Source of the DNA: Syntrophomonadaceae bacterium
GTDB taxonomy: Bacteria; Bacillota; Dethiobacteria; DTU022
Length of the DNA stretch: 59,120 nucleotides
NCBI GenBank assembly: GCA_007119615.1
Contig: SKPH01000001.1
Coordinates: forward strand, 1 to 59,120
Direction of reading: 5' to 3'
Part shown: positions 35,808 through 45,025 of the stretch, piece by piece
Numbering within the stretch: position 1 is the first letter of the stretch
How the letters are laid out: each line of letters opens with the position of its first letter
Notes under the pieces: generated by a model
What the model was told of the DNA's origin: nothing
Databases searched by the model: none
Seen by the model: the letters and a program-made list of their open reading frames with translations, nothing else
Position numbers and translations under genes: made by a program

Positions 35808-37111
35808 CCCCAATCCAGATTGGCCTGCTATCCATCGTTGTAATTTTTATCCTACTATTTGCCCGCATGCCTGTAGCTTATGTGATGCTCGTGGTGGGGA
35901 TGTCCGGTTTTTCGATTATCAGATCGCCTGAAGCGATGTTTTCCGTTTCTTCCCAGACCATGTACAATACCTTTGCTTCTTATTCCCTCCTTGTAGTGCC
36001 GATGTTTGTCTGGATGGGCTATATCGCCTTTTACTCCGGCTTAAGTTCGCGGATCTACGATGCGACCTACAAGGTGATGGGTAATTTAAGGGGGGGGTTG
36101 GCCCTGGCTACTATCGGAGCCTGCACCGCCTTCGGCGCTATCTGCGGTTCGACAACCGCTACCGCAGCGACCATGAGTGCCGTGGCTTTACCTGAAATGA
36201 AAAAATATAATTATAACCGTTCTTTTTCAACAGCAACGGTTGCCTCAGCGGCGATCCTGGGGGTAATGATTCCGCCCAGCGTTATTTTTATCCTTTACGG
36301 GATCTCTGCCCAGGAGTCTATCCGCCAGCTCTTCATGGCAGGAATTTTTCCCGGACTTCTTCTAATGGCCCTCTTTATGCTGGCTGCCTACCTACAGGCA
36401 GTATACAAACCTGCTTACGGCCCCGCAGGGCCCCAGGTGCCGTGGGGCGAGAAAATCAGCGCGGTGATGAGCGGAGGGGTTGAAGTAATTATCATCTTTG
36501 TAGCGGTTATGGGAGGGCTTTTTGCCGGTTTTTTTACCCCTACCGAGGCCGGAGGAGTGGGGGCTTTCGCTACCCTGGTTGTTGCCCTGGGCAGACGCCA
36601 GCTGAGCTGGCAGGGATTTCTTAACTCTCTGAGAGATTCAGTGCGCATATCGGCAATGATCATGTTTCTCGTGGCTGCTGCGTCAATCTATGGCCGTTTT
36701 TTGGCCGTTACCGGACTTCCGACAGGACTGGCCAGGTGGGCGGTAGAACTTCCCCTGGCGCCGGTGGCTATTATGGCTATTATCCTGTTTATATATCTGG
36801 TCCTGGGTTTTTTTGTAGACGCCCTGGCTTTGATTTTACTTACCGTACCGATTTTTTATCCGGTGGCGGTAGAACTGGGTTTTGATCCGATCTGGTTTGG
36901 GGTTATTATTGTGCTGGCCCTGGGGATGGGGGTGATTACACCACCGGTAGGTGCCAATGTTTATGTTGTCGCCGGTGTTGACCGGGAAACCCCGGTAATG
37001 GAAATTTTCCGGGGAGTGGGATGGTACCTGGTGGCTATTATTGTCTGTATCATTCTGTTAACCCTTTTCCCGATCATAGCGCTGTTTTTGCCAAACATGA
37101 TATTTGCTTAA
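35804..37111 (+). CDS. TRAP transporter large permease (DctM family)
   Basis: A 435-aa polytopic ORF with typical DctM length and motifs (GxxGxxFAGFFTPTEAGGVGA). Confidence 0.85.
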   Translation: MTPIQIGLLSIVVIFILLFARMPVAYVMLVVGMSGFSIIRSPEAMFSVSSQTMYNTFASYSLLVVPMFVWMGYIAFYSGLSSRIYDATYKVMGNLRGGLALATIGACTAFGAICGSTTATAATMSAVALPEMKKYNYNRSFSTATVASAAILGVMIPPSVIFILYGISAQESIRQLFMAGIFPGLLLMALFMLAAYLQAVYKPAYGPAGPQVPWGEKISAVMSGGVEVIIIFVAVMGGLFAGFFTPTEAGGVGAFATLVVALGRRQLSWQGFLNSLRDSVRISAMIMFLVAAASIYGRFLAVTGLPTGLARWAVELPLAPVAIMAIILFIYLVLGFFVDALALILLTVPIFYPVAVELGFDPIWFGVIIVLALGMGVITPPVGANVYVVAGVDRETPVMEIFRGVGWYLVAIIVCIILLTLFPIIALFLPNMIFA

Positions 37112-37175
37112 ACCGGGATTTAGTAATGGGAGATAAGTTAAAGAGGATTTAAAGAAATCTCAAAGATGCAAATAC

Positions 37176-37206
37176 GCACAGGCCGGACTTTAATGCCGGC
37201 CTGTGC
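37176..37206. terminator. bidirectional intrinsic terminator between dctM and the response-regulator gene
   Basis: GCACAGGCCGG (37176-37186) pairs with CCGGCCTGTGC (37196-37206) around a 9-nt loop. TTGTTATT follows. Confidence 0.75.
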
Positions 37207-37209
37207 TTG

Positions 37210-37944
37210 TTATTCATGATCGGAATCTCTATGGCCTGTCTTGCCGAAATCCGTATTCTCAATTACGAATAAGCTCTCCGAGCTGTTCCGGCTTAATTTC
37301 ATTGCCAGGGAAATTGCCTGGGTTCTGTTTTTAACCTGAAGCTTTTGATAAATATTGCGCAGGTGGGTCTTGACCGTGTCGACTGCCAGATTGGTAGCCG
37401 CGGATATTTCTTTATTGGTCAACCCTTTGACTAATTGTCTGAGTATTTCCTGTTCCCTCGGAGTCAGCTCAACCCGCTTTTCTTCTTTATCCAGAGGTTT
37501 TATCTCGGTAAGTTTTTTGCTCAGCCGTGTATAGTCGTTAACGATCTGGCGAAAAACAGACTGGTCTATAATAGTTTCTCCACTATGAACTCTTTTGATT
37601 GTGTCTATAAGATTTTGTCTGCTGACATGTTTGAGGATATAGCCGGAAGCCCCGGACTGCAGGGCCAATCGGATCGATTCGGTATCTTCAAAAATTGTTA
37701 AGAAGATCACTTTGATTTCCGGTTTTTGGGCCAGGATCTGCTTTGCAGTTTCAATCCCGTTGACACCCTCCATATTGATATCCATTAAAATGATATCAGG
37801 TTCGGCAGAATGAGCTTTCTCAAGAGCTTCTGAGCTATTCCCTGCGCTGGCAACAATGGTAATTTCTTCGATGTTTTCAAGCATATTGGACAACCCTTCC
37901 CGAACCATGGGATGATCATCGACTATGAGAATCTTTATGGCCAC
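37210..37944 (-). CDS. NarL/LuxR-family response regulator (REC plus HTH_LuxR)
   Basis: ILIVDDHPMVREGL ... DIILMDINMEGVNGIE. The HTH is LTPREQEILRQLVKGLTNKEISAATNLAVDTVKTHLRNIYQKLQV. A tail of about 35 aa follows the HTH. Confidence 0.9.
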   Translation of the reverse strand: MAIKILIVDDHPMVREGLSNMLENIEEITIVASAGNSSEALEKAHSAEPDIILMDINMEGVNGIETAKQILAQKPEIKVIFLTIFEDTESIRLALQSGASGYILKHVSRQNLIDTIKRVHSGETIIDQSVFRQIVNDYTRLSKKLTEIKPLDKEEKRVELTPREQEILRQLVKGLTNKEISAATNLAVDTVKTHLRNIYQKLQVKNRTQAISLAMKLSRNSSESLFVIENTDFGKTGHRDSDHE

Positions 37945-37968
37945 GATAGGACTCCTTTCCGCATAATT

Positions 37969-39645
37969 TTATATCGGTATGGTTACGCTGATCCGTGTTC
38001 CTTCACCGGGTCGGGAATCAATTCTGCAGGCGCCTCCCAACAGCAGGGCTCGTTCCTGAATGCTGGCCAGGCCCAGGCGATTGTGAAGTTGCGGAGTATC
38101 GGCAGGTTCCGTATTTATTCCGGACCCGTTGTCTTCCACGGAAAGATTCACCTCATGGTCCTGAATATCAAGGCAGACTTTGACTTTGGTCGCGCTGGAG
38201 TGCTTTATTACATTTGTCAGCGCTTCCTGCAGGATCCTGAATAAAGCAACTTCTATATTCGAAGCCAATCTCTGATTTTCCCCATTAACCTTAAGTTCGA
38301 TAGGAAGATTATTCTTTTCGGAAATGTCAAAAACGTGAGTTTCAACAGCTGGAATCAACCCGTAATTGTCCAGAATAATCGGGCGCAGGTCGTACAGAAT
38401 ACGCCTTACTTCCTGGATTTGCTCACTTAATACATTCGTGATATCGGTGATTTCAGAATGCCATTTTTGCGATTCGGCCTTTTCGGCAGATGAGATTCGC
38501 TGTAGTCGGTACCAGATGGCTATCAGGGATTGGATTATGCCGTCATGCAGATCGGAAGCCAAACGCTTGCGCTCATCTTCCTGTGCTGTAGTCAGTTTAT
38601 CCACCAGCTGGTGCAGCAGTTGTTCTTTTTGGCCAAGTTTTTCGATTAAAGCCGCATTTTCCATGGCAACCGCGGTGGCGCGGGCAATGGCGAAAATAAT
38701 TTCTATTTCCTCGCTGTCGAAGCCGCCTGACTCCAGAGGCCGATCCAGCTGCATAATGCCGATGGTTTTTCCTTTACTAAGAATTGGGACCAGCAAAACC
38801 CAGCTGTATGCAAAATCCTCTATAATCTCCCTGGGGAGCATCCTGGATATGTTCTCCGGGGTTATCACTACCGGTTGCTCTGTTTTTATAGCCCGTTTGA
38901 TACCCGGGAAAAGTCTTGCGCCTTTTAAGGCTTTAAATTTTTTTTTCAATTCGGGATCATAACTTCCCACAGCGACTGCCGGAATCAGGGTCTGATCTAT
39001 CTCGTTCAGTAGGTATATACAGTTTTTTGCTGAAAAGAGGTCTGCTGTTAGCTGAGTAACGACATGAAGAACCTGTCTTAGATCTAAAGTGGAGCTGATG
39101 GTGTTAACTAACTCCAGCCAGACGGCAAGCTTTCTCAGGTGGCGATCTTTTTGTCTCCGGAAGAGTGACTCCTGGATGATGTCGGCCATATGGCGGCCCA
39201 AAGAGACTGCTTTGGCCAGCATATACTGCCCGCTCCGGTAGTCGGTGTTGAAGATACCGATTTCCATCGTACCGACAGGATCTCCGGCCTTTAAAAGGAC
39301 CGGAAAAGTGGTAGAAATGACTGGGGAAAGGGGCTCCAGCAACTTTTTCTTCTGCAGGTTTTCTTCATCAGACAGGTAATCTTTTAATTGAGAACATCTT
39401 TCCAGATGAGCGGTACCACCGGTATCCGCTTCTTCCCCGTTTTTTGAAGCATGCCAGCATACCACATCTTTGTCATCTCGAACCAGCATCAGGCTGGCCT
39501 GCCCGAAATCAAAATAGTCAACAGAAGTTTGCAGGGTATTTTGCAGGGAGGTTTTTACCTGCTTAATTGTTGTAAAGCCGGAGCTAACACGGCAGATCAA
39601 AATCAGTTCCGGCCTGGCCTTTGGGTCAGGTATGTGCTTTAGCAA
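37969..39645 (-). CDS. cytoplasmic sensor histidine kinase: GAF-like N-terminal sensory region, then HisKA_3 and HATPase_c
   Basis: No TM segments. H-box EDERKRLASDLHDGIIQSL, N-box EALTNVIKHS and G-box VEDNGSGI. TTG start after GGGTGG. Confidence 0.85.
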   Translation of the reverse strand: MLKHIPDPKARPELILICRVSSGFTTIKQVKTSLQNTLQTSVDYFDFGQASLMLVRDDKDVVCWHASKNGEEADTGGTAHLERCSQLKDYLSDEENLQKKKLLEPLSPVISTTFPVLLKAGDPVGTMEIGIFNTDYRSGQYMLAKAVSLGRHMADIIQESLFRRQKDRHLRKLAVWLELVNTISSTLDLRQVLHVVTQLTADLFSAKNCIYLLNEIDQTLIPAVAVGSYDPELKKKFKALKGARLFPGIKRAIKTEQPVVITPENISRMLPREIIEDFAYSWVLLVPILSKGKTIGIMQLDRPLESGGFDSEEIEIIFAIARATAVAMENAALIEKLGQKEQLLHQLVDKLTTAQEDERKRLASDLHDGIIQSLIAIWYRLQRISSAEKAESQKWHSEITDITNVLSEQIQEVRRILYDLRPIILDNYGLIPAVETHVFDISEKNNLPIELKVNGENQRLASNIEVALFRILQEALTNVIKHSSATKVKVCLDIQDHEVNLSVEDNGSGINTEPADTPQLHNRLGLASIQERALLLGGACRIDSRPGEGTRISVTIPI

Positions 39646-39695
39646 CGGTTAACCACCCTTTGTTGATATCATATTTCAGGCAAACTGGTTGTTTA

Positions 39696-39724
39696 ATTTT
39701 ACCAGTTTCTTTCAGAAACGTCAA
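39696..39724 (-). promoter_or_regulatory. candidate sigma-70 promoter of the kinase/regulator operon
   Basis: On the minus strand: TTGACG (39724-39719), a 17-nt spacer, then TAAAAT (39701-39696). It lies about 50 nt upstream of the TTG start at 39645. Confidence 0.45.
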
Positions 39725-39749
39725 CTTTGGGCATTACGAAAGTGCTCAT

Positions 39750-39808
39750 CCGAAGGTGTTAGCTCCCATTTCACTCTTTTTAACCTTGATTCCATGCTTT
39801 TTAGGGAT
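39750..39808 (+). promoter_or_regulatory. copy A of the conserved ~60-nt upstream element
   Basis: CCGAAGGTGTTAGCTCCCATTTCACTCTTTTTAACCTTGATTCCATGCTTTTTAGGGAT. It lies 192 nt upstream of the ATG at 40001 and is near-identical to copy B. Confidence 0.8.
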
Positions 39809-40000
39809 TTTATTATTGTCTGTCTTTGTTTAATATTTAGTTAATGGACTTGCACCCGGAGATAATTCTTTCAGCAAAATCCGGAGTGATGAAGTGGGTG
39901 CTTTTAAAGCCGGGAGTTTGGAGCAGGTTAAGTTATGTTTGCGTTTCAACCTGCATTTTTTGTCTTTCGAAAATGATCAAGCTGCCGGAGGGTGGGTGCG

Positions 40001-40804
40001 ATGACCTGGAAATCTTTTTATAAGACCGGAGAAAAGTTAGATTATCACTCTTTTGAGTGGCGCAACCATATTGACGACATGGTATTTGGTCCTGACAGCA
40101 GGGAATCAGAGCAGTTAAAAGAACTTCTAACCCGCTACCCGGTTCAAACAGCCCTCGATGTTGCCTGTGGGAACGGAGATACTGCGATTTTTCTGGCCGC
40201 AATGGGTAAAAATGTTACAGCGATGGATCAGGATATTTCTCGGATTAAAAGGGTTCATTTGAAAAGCATTCTGGCCGGAGTCCAACTTGAAACTGCCTGT
40301 GGTGATATGCGCGATCTTTCCAGTGTATACCGGCATAAATGTAACCTGATCATGTGTTTGCAAAATTCATTGTCTCGACTGATAGACGAAGCCGATATAT
40401 GGGGAACCCTTGCTCAGATGTATCTGGCGCTTGAACCCGGAGGACTGCTGGTGATTCAAATGTTTGATTACGATCGCCTTTTTCAGGAAAAAAGGCCTTC
40501 CTTTTCCGAAATTTGCGGCTATAACAGCGAGCTTGGAGTTAAAACTTTTTTTGAATATGAACGCAATAAATCAAATGCGAAATTTATTTTTGAAGTCTCC
40601 AGCCAATATTCTGCGGGAAGAAAAGCAGATCGGATCGTTTTCCCGGTGAGACCGATTTTTCAGAAAGAACTGGATATGTGGCTGGCTGAGCTGGGGTTCA
40701 GAAAACTTGATAATTGCGAAGAGGTTAAAGGCAGCTATATATCGGGAGAAACCTGGCAAACGGTGACGGCAGCTTTTCGGCCGGGTGTTACAGATAACCA
40801 CTAA
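40001..40804 (+). CDS. class I SAM-dependent methyltransferase
   Basis: Motif I LDVACGNGD. ATG 40001 lies 9 nt after GGAGG (the track start is GTG 39992). Confidence 0.75.
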   Translation: MTWKSFYKTGEKLDYHSFEWRNHIDDMVFGPDSRESEQLKELLTRYPVQTALDVACGNGDTAIFLAAMGKNVTAMDQDISRIKRVHLKSILAGVQLETACGDMRDLSSVYRHKCNLIMCLQNSLSRLIDEADIWGTLAQMYLALEPGGLLVIQMFDYDRLFQEKRPSFSEICGYNSELGVKTFFEYERNKSNAKFIFEVSSQYSAGRKADRIVFPVRPIFQKELDMWLAELGFRKLDNCEEVKGSYISGETWQTVTAAFRPGVTDNH

Positions 40805-40817
40805 AGGAGGAGTTTAG

Positions 40818-41564
40818 ATGCGTTTACAGGGAAAGGTTGTGATTGTTACCGGTGCAAGTAAAGGAATTGGTGAGGCAGTCTCCCTGGGCCTGGCCCGTGA
40901 AGGAGCTGATCTGGTCCTGGTAAGCCGCAAGATCAAAGCAGATGAGCAGGTCGTTCTGGAAGCAAAAAAAATGGGTCGCCGGGTACTGGTTAAGCAGGTT
41001 GATGTTGGTGATAACGACCAGGTAACTGAGATGGTTGACGAGACTATAGATACTTTTGGCCGGGTTGACGCACTGTTTAATAATGCCGGTATCAGTAAGC
41101 CGGCTATGCTTTGGAAAATGACTCCTGAGCAGTGGGAAGAGGTGCTTAGAATAAATCTAACCGGTACCTTTTACTGCATCCGGGCGGTGGCAAAGCCGAT
41201 GATAGAAAAACAATCAGGTTCGATTATTAATGTAACATCCTCTGCCGGTCTGCTTGGAACGATCGGGCAGGTTAATTATACAGCGGCCAAAGGAGGGGTT
41301 TACGCTATGGGCAGGTCTGCAGCCAAAGAACTGGCCCGTTATGGGATCAGAGTGAATACGATTGCACCGATGGCTGAAACCGAGATGACGCAGGTCATTG
41401 CCAATGATCCCAAGTTTAAGGCAAAGTACCTGGAGCGAATTCCACTGGGGCGTTTCGGCCTTCCGGAGGAAATTGCGCCGGCGGTTGTATTTTTAGTGTC
41501 GGATGAATCGAGTTATATCACCGGGCAGACTATCTGCATTGACGGCGGCCTGGTAATGCCTTAA
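40818..41564 (+). CDS. short-chain dehydrogenase/reductase (FabG / 3-hydroxyacyl-CoA dehydrogenase-like)
   Basis: VTGASKGIGEA, NNAGI and the catalytic YTAAKGG (YxxxK). Confidence 0.85.
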   Translation: MRLQGKVVIVTGASKGIGEAVSLGLAREGADLVLVSRKIKADEQVVLEAKKMGRRVLVKQVDVGDNDQVTEMVDETIDTFGRVDALFNNAGISKPAMLWKMTPEQWEEVLRINLTGTFYCIRAVAKPMIEKQSGSIINVTSSAGLLGTIGQVNYTAAKGGVYAMGRSAAKELARYGIRVNTIAPMAETEMTQVIANDPKFKAKYLERIPLGRFGLPEEIAPAVVFLVSDESSYITGQTICIDGGLVMP

Positions 41565-41610
41565 ACTTTATGTAAACTCGCACATGAAAACTATTTGAGG
41601 AGGGATGGTT

Positions 41611-42765
41611 ATGCCTAAAGATGTGGCAATCATCGGAGTGGGGCAAAGTGCTTTTGTCAGAGGTTATGAAGGCTCGATCCGGGAACTTTCATTCGAAGCT
41701 TACAGGGAAGCAATGCAGGATGCGGGTATTACTTCATCGGAGGTGGATGCCTCTATAGTCTGCTCCGCTCCCGAGTATGACAAACAGCGCAGCCCTTCAG
41801 GCCTGATTGCAGAGTACCTGGGATTGAATCCACAACCTACCTTTGCCATTGAGAGCGTCTGCTCGTCTAGCACAACCGGGATCAGAACGGCATATGCATT
41901 GATAAAAAGCGGTTTACATGATCTGGTTGCAGTGATCGGTTTTCAAAAAATGTCGGAGATTTCTTCTGCTGATTCCCAGGAGCGTATGGGCCGCGGCGCT
42001 GATATTATGTGGGAATCTCCTTTCGGCACGACGATGCCGGCATACTATGCCATGCATGCCCGGTCCCATTTCAACACTTTCGGCAGTACGGAGAAAGATC
42101 TTGCCCTGATCAGGGTAAAGGCGGCTAAGTATGGCCAGTTAAATGATAAAGCCGTTTACCGCAAGGATCTTGCCCTGGATCAGGTTTTGAACTCCGATTA
42201 TGTTACTACCCCTTTAAAAAGGTTTGATTGTTGCGCCAACGCTGACGGATCCTCCTGTATTATTTTAGCTTCTGCGGAAAAAGCCAGAGAACTTTCAGCC
42301 AAAACTGTATGGATTATGGGTCTGGGGTCGGCCACCGCATCTTTGAGCATGACCGGCCGGAATAGCTACGACGGACTGGAGAGTGTGCGCCTGGCTGCCC
42401 GGCAGGCATATGAAATGGCCTCTCTGACACCCGGGGATATTGATGTCGCCGAGGTGCACGACTGCTTTACTATTGCCGAACTGATGGCTTACGAAAACCT
42501 CGGGTTCGCAGAACCCGGCAGGGGAGTGGAGCTTATCCGGGACGGAGAAACTTACCTTGAAGGCAGGATTCCGGTAAATGTTGACGGAGGGCTTTTATCT
42601 AAAGGGCATCCGATCGGAGCTACCGGGGGCTCCCAGGTGAGGACTATTGTACTTCAGCTTCGCGGAGAGGCCGGAGAAATTCAGGTTCCGGGTGCGGAAA
42701 TTGGCCTGGTTCATAATGTTGGCGGCGTGGGTATATATGGAAATGTAATCATCCTGGGAAGCTGA
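41611..42765 (+). CDS. SCP-x/BbsB-type thiolase-like protein
   Basis: ESVCSSSTTG (nucleophilic Cys), GHPIGATGG and HNVGG. This clade normally partners with a DUF35 OB-fold protein. Confidence 0.75.
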   Translation: MPKDVAIIGVGQSAFVRGYEGSIRELSFEAYREAMQDAGITSSEVDASIVCSAPEYDKQRSPSGLIAEYLGLNPQPTFAIESVCSSSTTGIRTAYALIKSGLHDLVAVIGFQKMSEISSADSQERMGRGADIMWESPFGTTMPAYYAMHARSHFNTFGSTEKDLALIRVKAAKYGQLNDKAVYRKDLALDQVLNSDYVTTPLKRFDCCANADGSSCIILASAEKARELSAKTVWIMGLGSATASLSMTGRNSYDGLESVRLAARQAYEMASLTPGDIDVAEVHDCFTIAELMAYENLGFAEPGRGVELIRDGETYLEGRIPVNVDGGLLSKGHPIGATGGSQVRTIVLQLRGEAGEIQVPGAEIGLVHNVGGVGIYGNVIILGS

Positions 42766-42781
42766 AAGGGGCCGGACCTGT

Positions 42782-43648
42782 TTGAGGACACCAGTAGTTG
42801 ACTTTCATATTCATCCAATCTTTTACGACAAGTTTTATGTTGAAAGCGCGCTTAACTGGATCAAGGAGATGCACGCTGATAAAGATTGGGATCAGTTTTA
42901 TCAGACCTATTCCGATCCGGATTTCTTTGTAAACTACCTGAAGGAAAACGGTGTCGATTATGGTGTAGTGATGGCCGATATATGTCCGGCGGTAACCGGT
43001 GTATGTACCAACGAATATGTCCTCGATTTTTGCAACGGCAGGGATGCCCTGGTACCGTTTGCCAGTATTAACCCATATTTAACCGTCCAAACAGGAAGAG
43101 AGCTGCAGCGCTTGATTGGTGAAGGTTTCCGGGGAGTTAAACTCTATCCTACTTATCAGCATTATTTCCCCAACCAGCGCTTTCTCTACCCCCTGTACAG
43201 CCTGGCTGAAGAATTGAAAGTGCCGCTAATGGTCCATACCGGTTCTTCTGTGTTCAGAGGAGCAAAATTAAAGTACGGAGATCCTCTCTACCTTGATGAA
43301 GTTGCTGTTGATTTCCCGGGTTTAAAAATTATTCTGGTCCACAGCGGTAGGGGGTTCTGGTACGATCGCGCTTTTCTATTAACCCGGTTGCATGACAATG
43401 TCTACATGGAAGTCGCCGGGCTGCCTCCACAAAAATTATTGGAATATTTCCCAGAACTTGAAAGAATTACAGATAAGGTTATATTTGGTTCAGATTGGCC
43501 GGGCATAACAGATCTGAAAGGAAATATTGAATCAATCCGGCAGCTACCGCTGAGCGCAGAGGCTATAAAAAATATTCTTGGAGGCAATGCCGTCAGATTG
43601 CTGGGTTTGCCAACTGTGAATTATCGGAAAGACGACAGAATGTCTTAA
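42782..43648 (+). CDS. amidohydrolase-2 family metal-dependent hydrolase/(de)carboxylase
   Basis: N-terminal HxH (VVDFHIHP), LVHSGRG and FGSDWP, as in the ACMSD/LigW/LigI fold family. Confidence 0.7.
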   Translation: MRTPVVDFHIHPIFYDKFYVESALNWIKEMHADKDWDQFYQTYSDPDFFVNYLKENGVDYGVVMADICPAVTGVCTNEYVLDFCNGRDALVPFASINPYLTVQTGRELQRLIGEGFRGVKLYPTYQHYFPNQRFLYPLYSLAEELKVPLMVHTGSSVFRGAKLKYGDPLYLDEVAVDFPGLKIILVHSGRGFWYDRAFLLTRLHDNVYMEVAGLPPQKLLEYFPELERITDKVIFGSDWPGITDLKGNIESIRQLPLSAEAIKNILGGNAVRLLGLPTVNYRKDDRMS

Positions 43649-43981
43649 TAGAGAAAATAAAAAAGGAAATTATTTTTATTTGTAGAATTTGAAAGATTGA
43701 AACTTTAAGGGGTGGTTGTTAATAAAAGTTATGGAGATCAAGGCTTTGCAGGATATTGTTTGATTTATTGCTGCTTATTGATATATGCGCAGATTTGTAA
43801 AACGGCAGTATGGATGCTTCTCATTTTTCTTGAAAAACTCGAAAAATGTATTAATAAGGCAGCACCGGTAATTCTGCTTAGTCAACTACCGACCGGGCAT
43901 GGCCGGTTGGGGGTGTGCATGCACTGAAGCAATGTTGAATTAAGGCCCATGCAGTGTTTATAAACTGGAGGTGTCACCACG

Positions 43982-45013
43982 ATGGATAGTTTTGATCCCC
44001 TGAATATACTCGTAGCTTTACAACCCGGATTGGGAAGCCCGGTTGAGTACGAAGAACTGATTAAAGAGCGGTTTCCTGAGGAAGTGAGGACTGGAAAAAT
44101 AAAGATCAGGCTGATCCAGGATGGCTCCGCTTCATCTACCCCTGATGAATACCTTGATACGCATATTATAGGAGCCGGAGTAGTTGTGGAAAGGGTCCCG
44201 GAGATGAAAAATCTGCAGTGGGTAATGACGTTCAGCGCCGGAATTGATCACTGGGAAAAATGGGGCAAACTACCCGGGCATGTAGCGTTGACCAACCTTC
44301 CGGGGGGTTCGGGGATTCCGATTTCTGAATTTGTAATCGGTCTGATGCTGAATCTTGCAAAAAAATATAACCAGCTCTGGGATCAGCAGAAAGAGAGAAA
44401 GTTCATCCGTGTTCGCGGTGAAGAGCTTTATAAAAAAACCGTTGGCATTATCGGACTCGGGGGAATTGGCCGGCAGATTGCGAAGCGTGCCAAAGCGTTC
44501 GACATGAAAGTGATCGGGACGGATATCAACACTGCAGATATTCCCCACGTTGACGAAGTCTACTTAAGCAATGAGTCTGATCAAGTAATCCGTCAAAGCG
44601 ATTACCTGATTCTCGCCTGCCCGGAGACAGAAGAAACCCGGGGAATGATCAATGAGAGATCGCTCAGGTTGATGAAAAATACAGCTTACCTGATAAACTG
44701 CGCTCGCGGATCTCTGATCATAAAGGAAGATTTAATTAAAGCCCTGAATGAAGAGTGGATTGCAGGAGCGGCCAACGATACCCACTGGATTAAAAAGCCA
44801 CTTCCTTCTTACCTTCCTGCAGAAGACGAACTGTGGGCCTGTAAAAACATTCTGATTACCCCCCATATTTCCAGCTGGAGTGATCAGTATGCACCCAGGT
44901 TCGGCGGTGTGTTTGTTGATAATATTGAACGTTTTTTAAATAAAGAACCACTCTTAAACGTTGCACCCGGTTTTGAGGGCGATCCGCAATGGCTGAAAAA
45001 TGTTAATGCTTAA
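43982..45013 (+). CDS. D-isomer-specific 2-hydroxyacid dehydrogenase (NAD-binding)
   Basis: GIIGLGGIGRQIA (GxGxxGR), NCARGSLI (catalytic Arg) and TPHISS (catalytic His). Confidence 0.8.
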   Translation: MDSFDPLNILVALQPGLGSPVEYEELIKERFPEEVRTGKIKIRLIQDGSASSTPDEYLDTHIIGAGVVVERVPEMKNLQWVMTFSAGIDHWEKWGKLPGHVALTNLPGGSGIPISEFVIGLMLNLAKKYNQLWDQQKERKFIRVRGEELYKKTVGIIGLGGIGRQIAKRAKAFDMKVIGTDINTADIPHVDEVYLSNESDQVIRQSDYLILACPETEETRGMINERSLRLMKNTAYLINCARGSLIIKEDLIKALNEEWIAGAANDTHWIKKPLPSYLPAEDELWACKNILITPHISSWSDQYAPRFGGVFVDNIERFLNKEPLLNVAPGFEGDPQWLKNVNA

Positions 45014-45025
45014 AGGAGAAAATAT

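Noticed and set aside
39621-39833. 70-aa ORF covering element copy A (and the analogous frame over copy B)
   Set aside because: An indel between copies A and B shifts the frame, so conservation is at the nucleotide level. The ORF has no RBS and its translation is hydrophobic low-complexity.
43712-43927. 71-aa ORF between the amidohydrolase and 2-hydroxyacid dehydrogenase genes
   Set aside because: It is Cys/Leu/Ile-rich with no domain signature and a weak start context. The region more likely holds a terminator-like hairpin (CCGACCGG...CCGGTTGG, ~43889-43910) and the next promoter.
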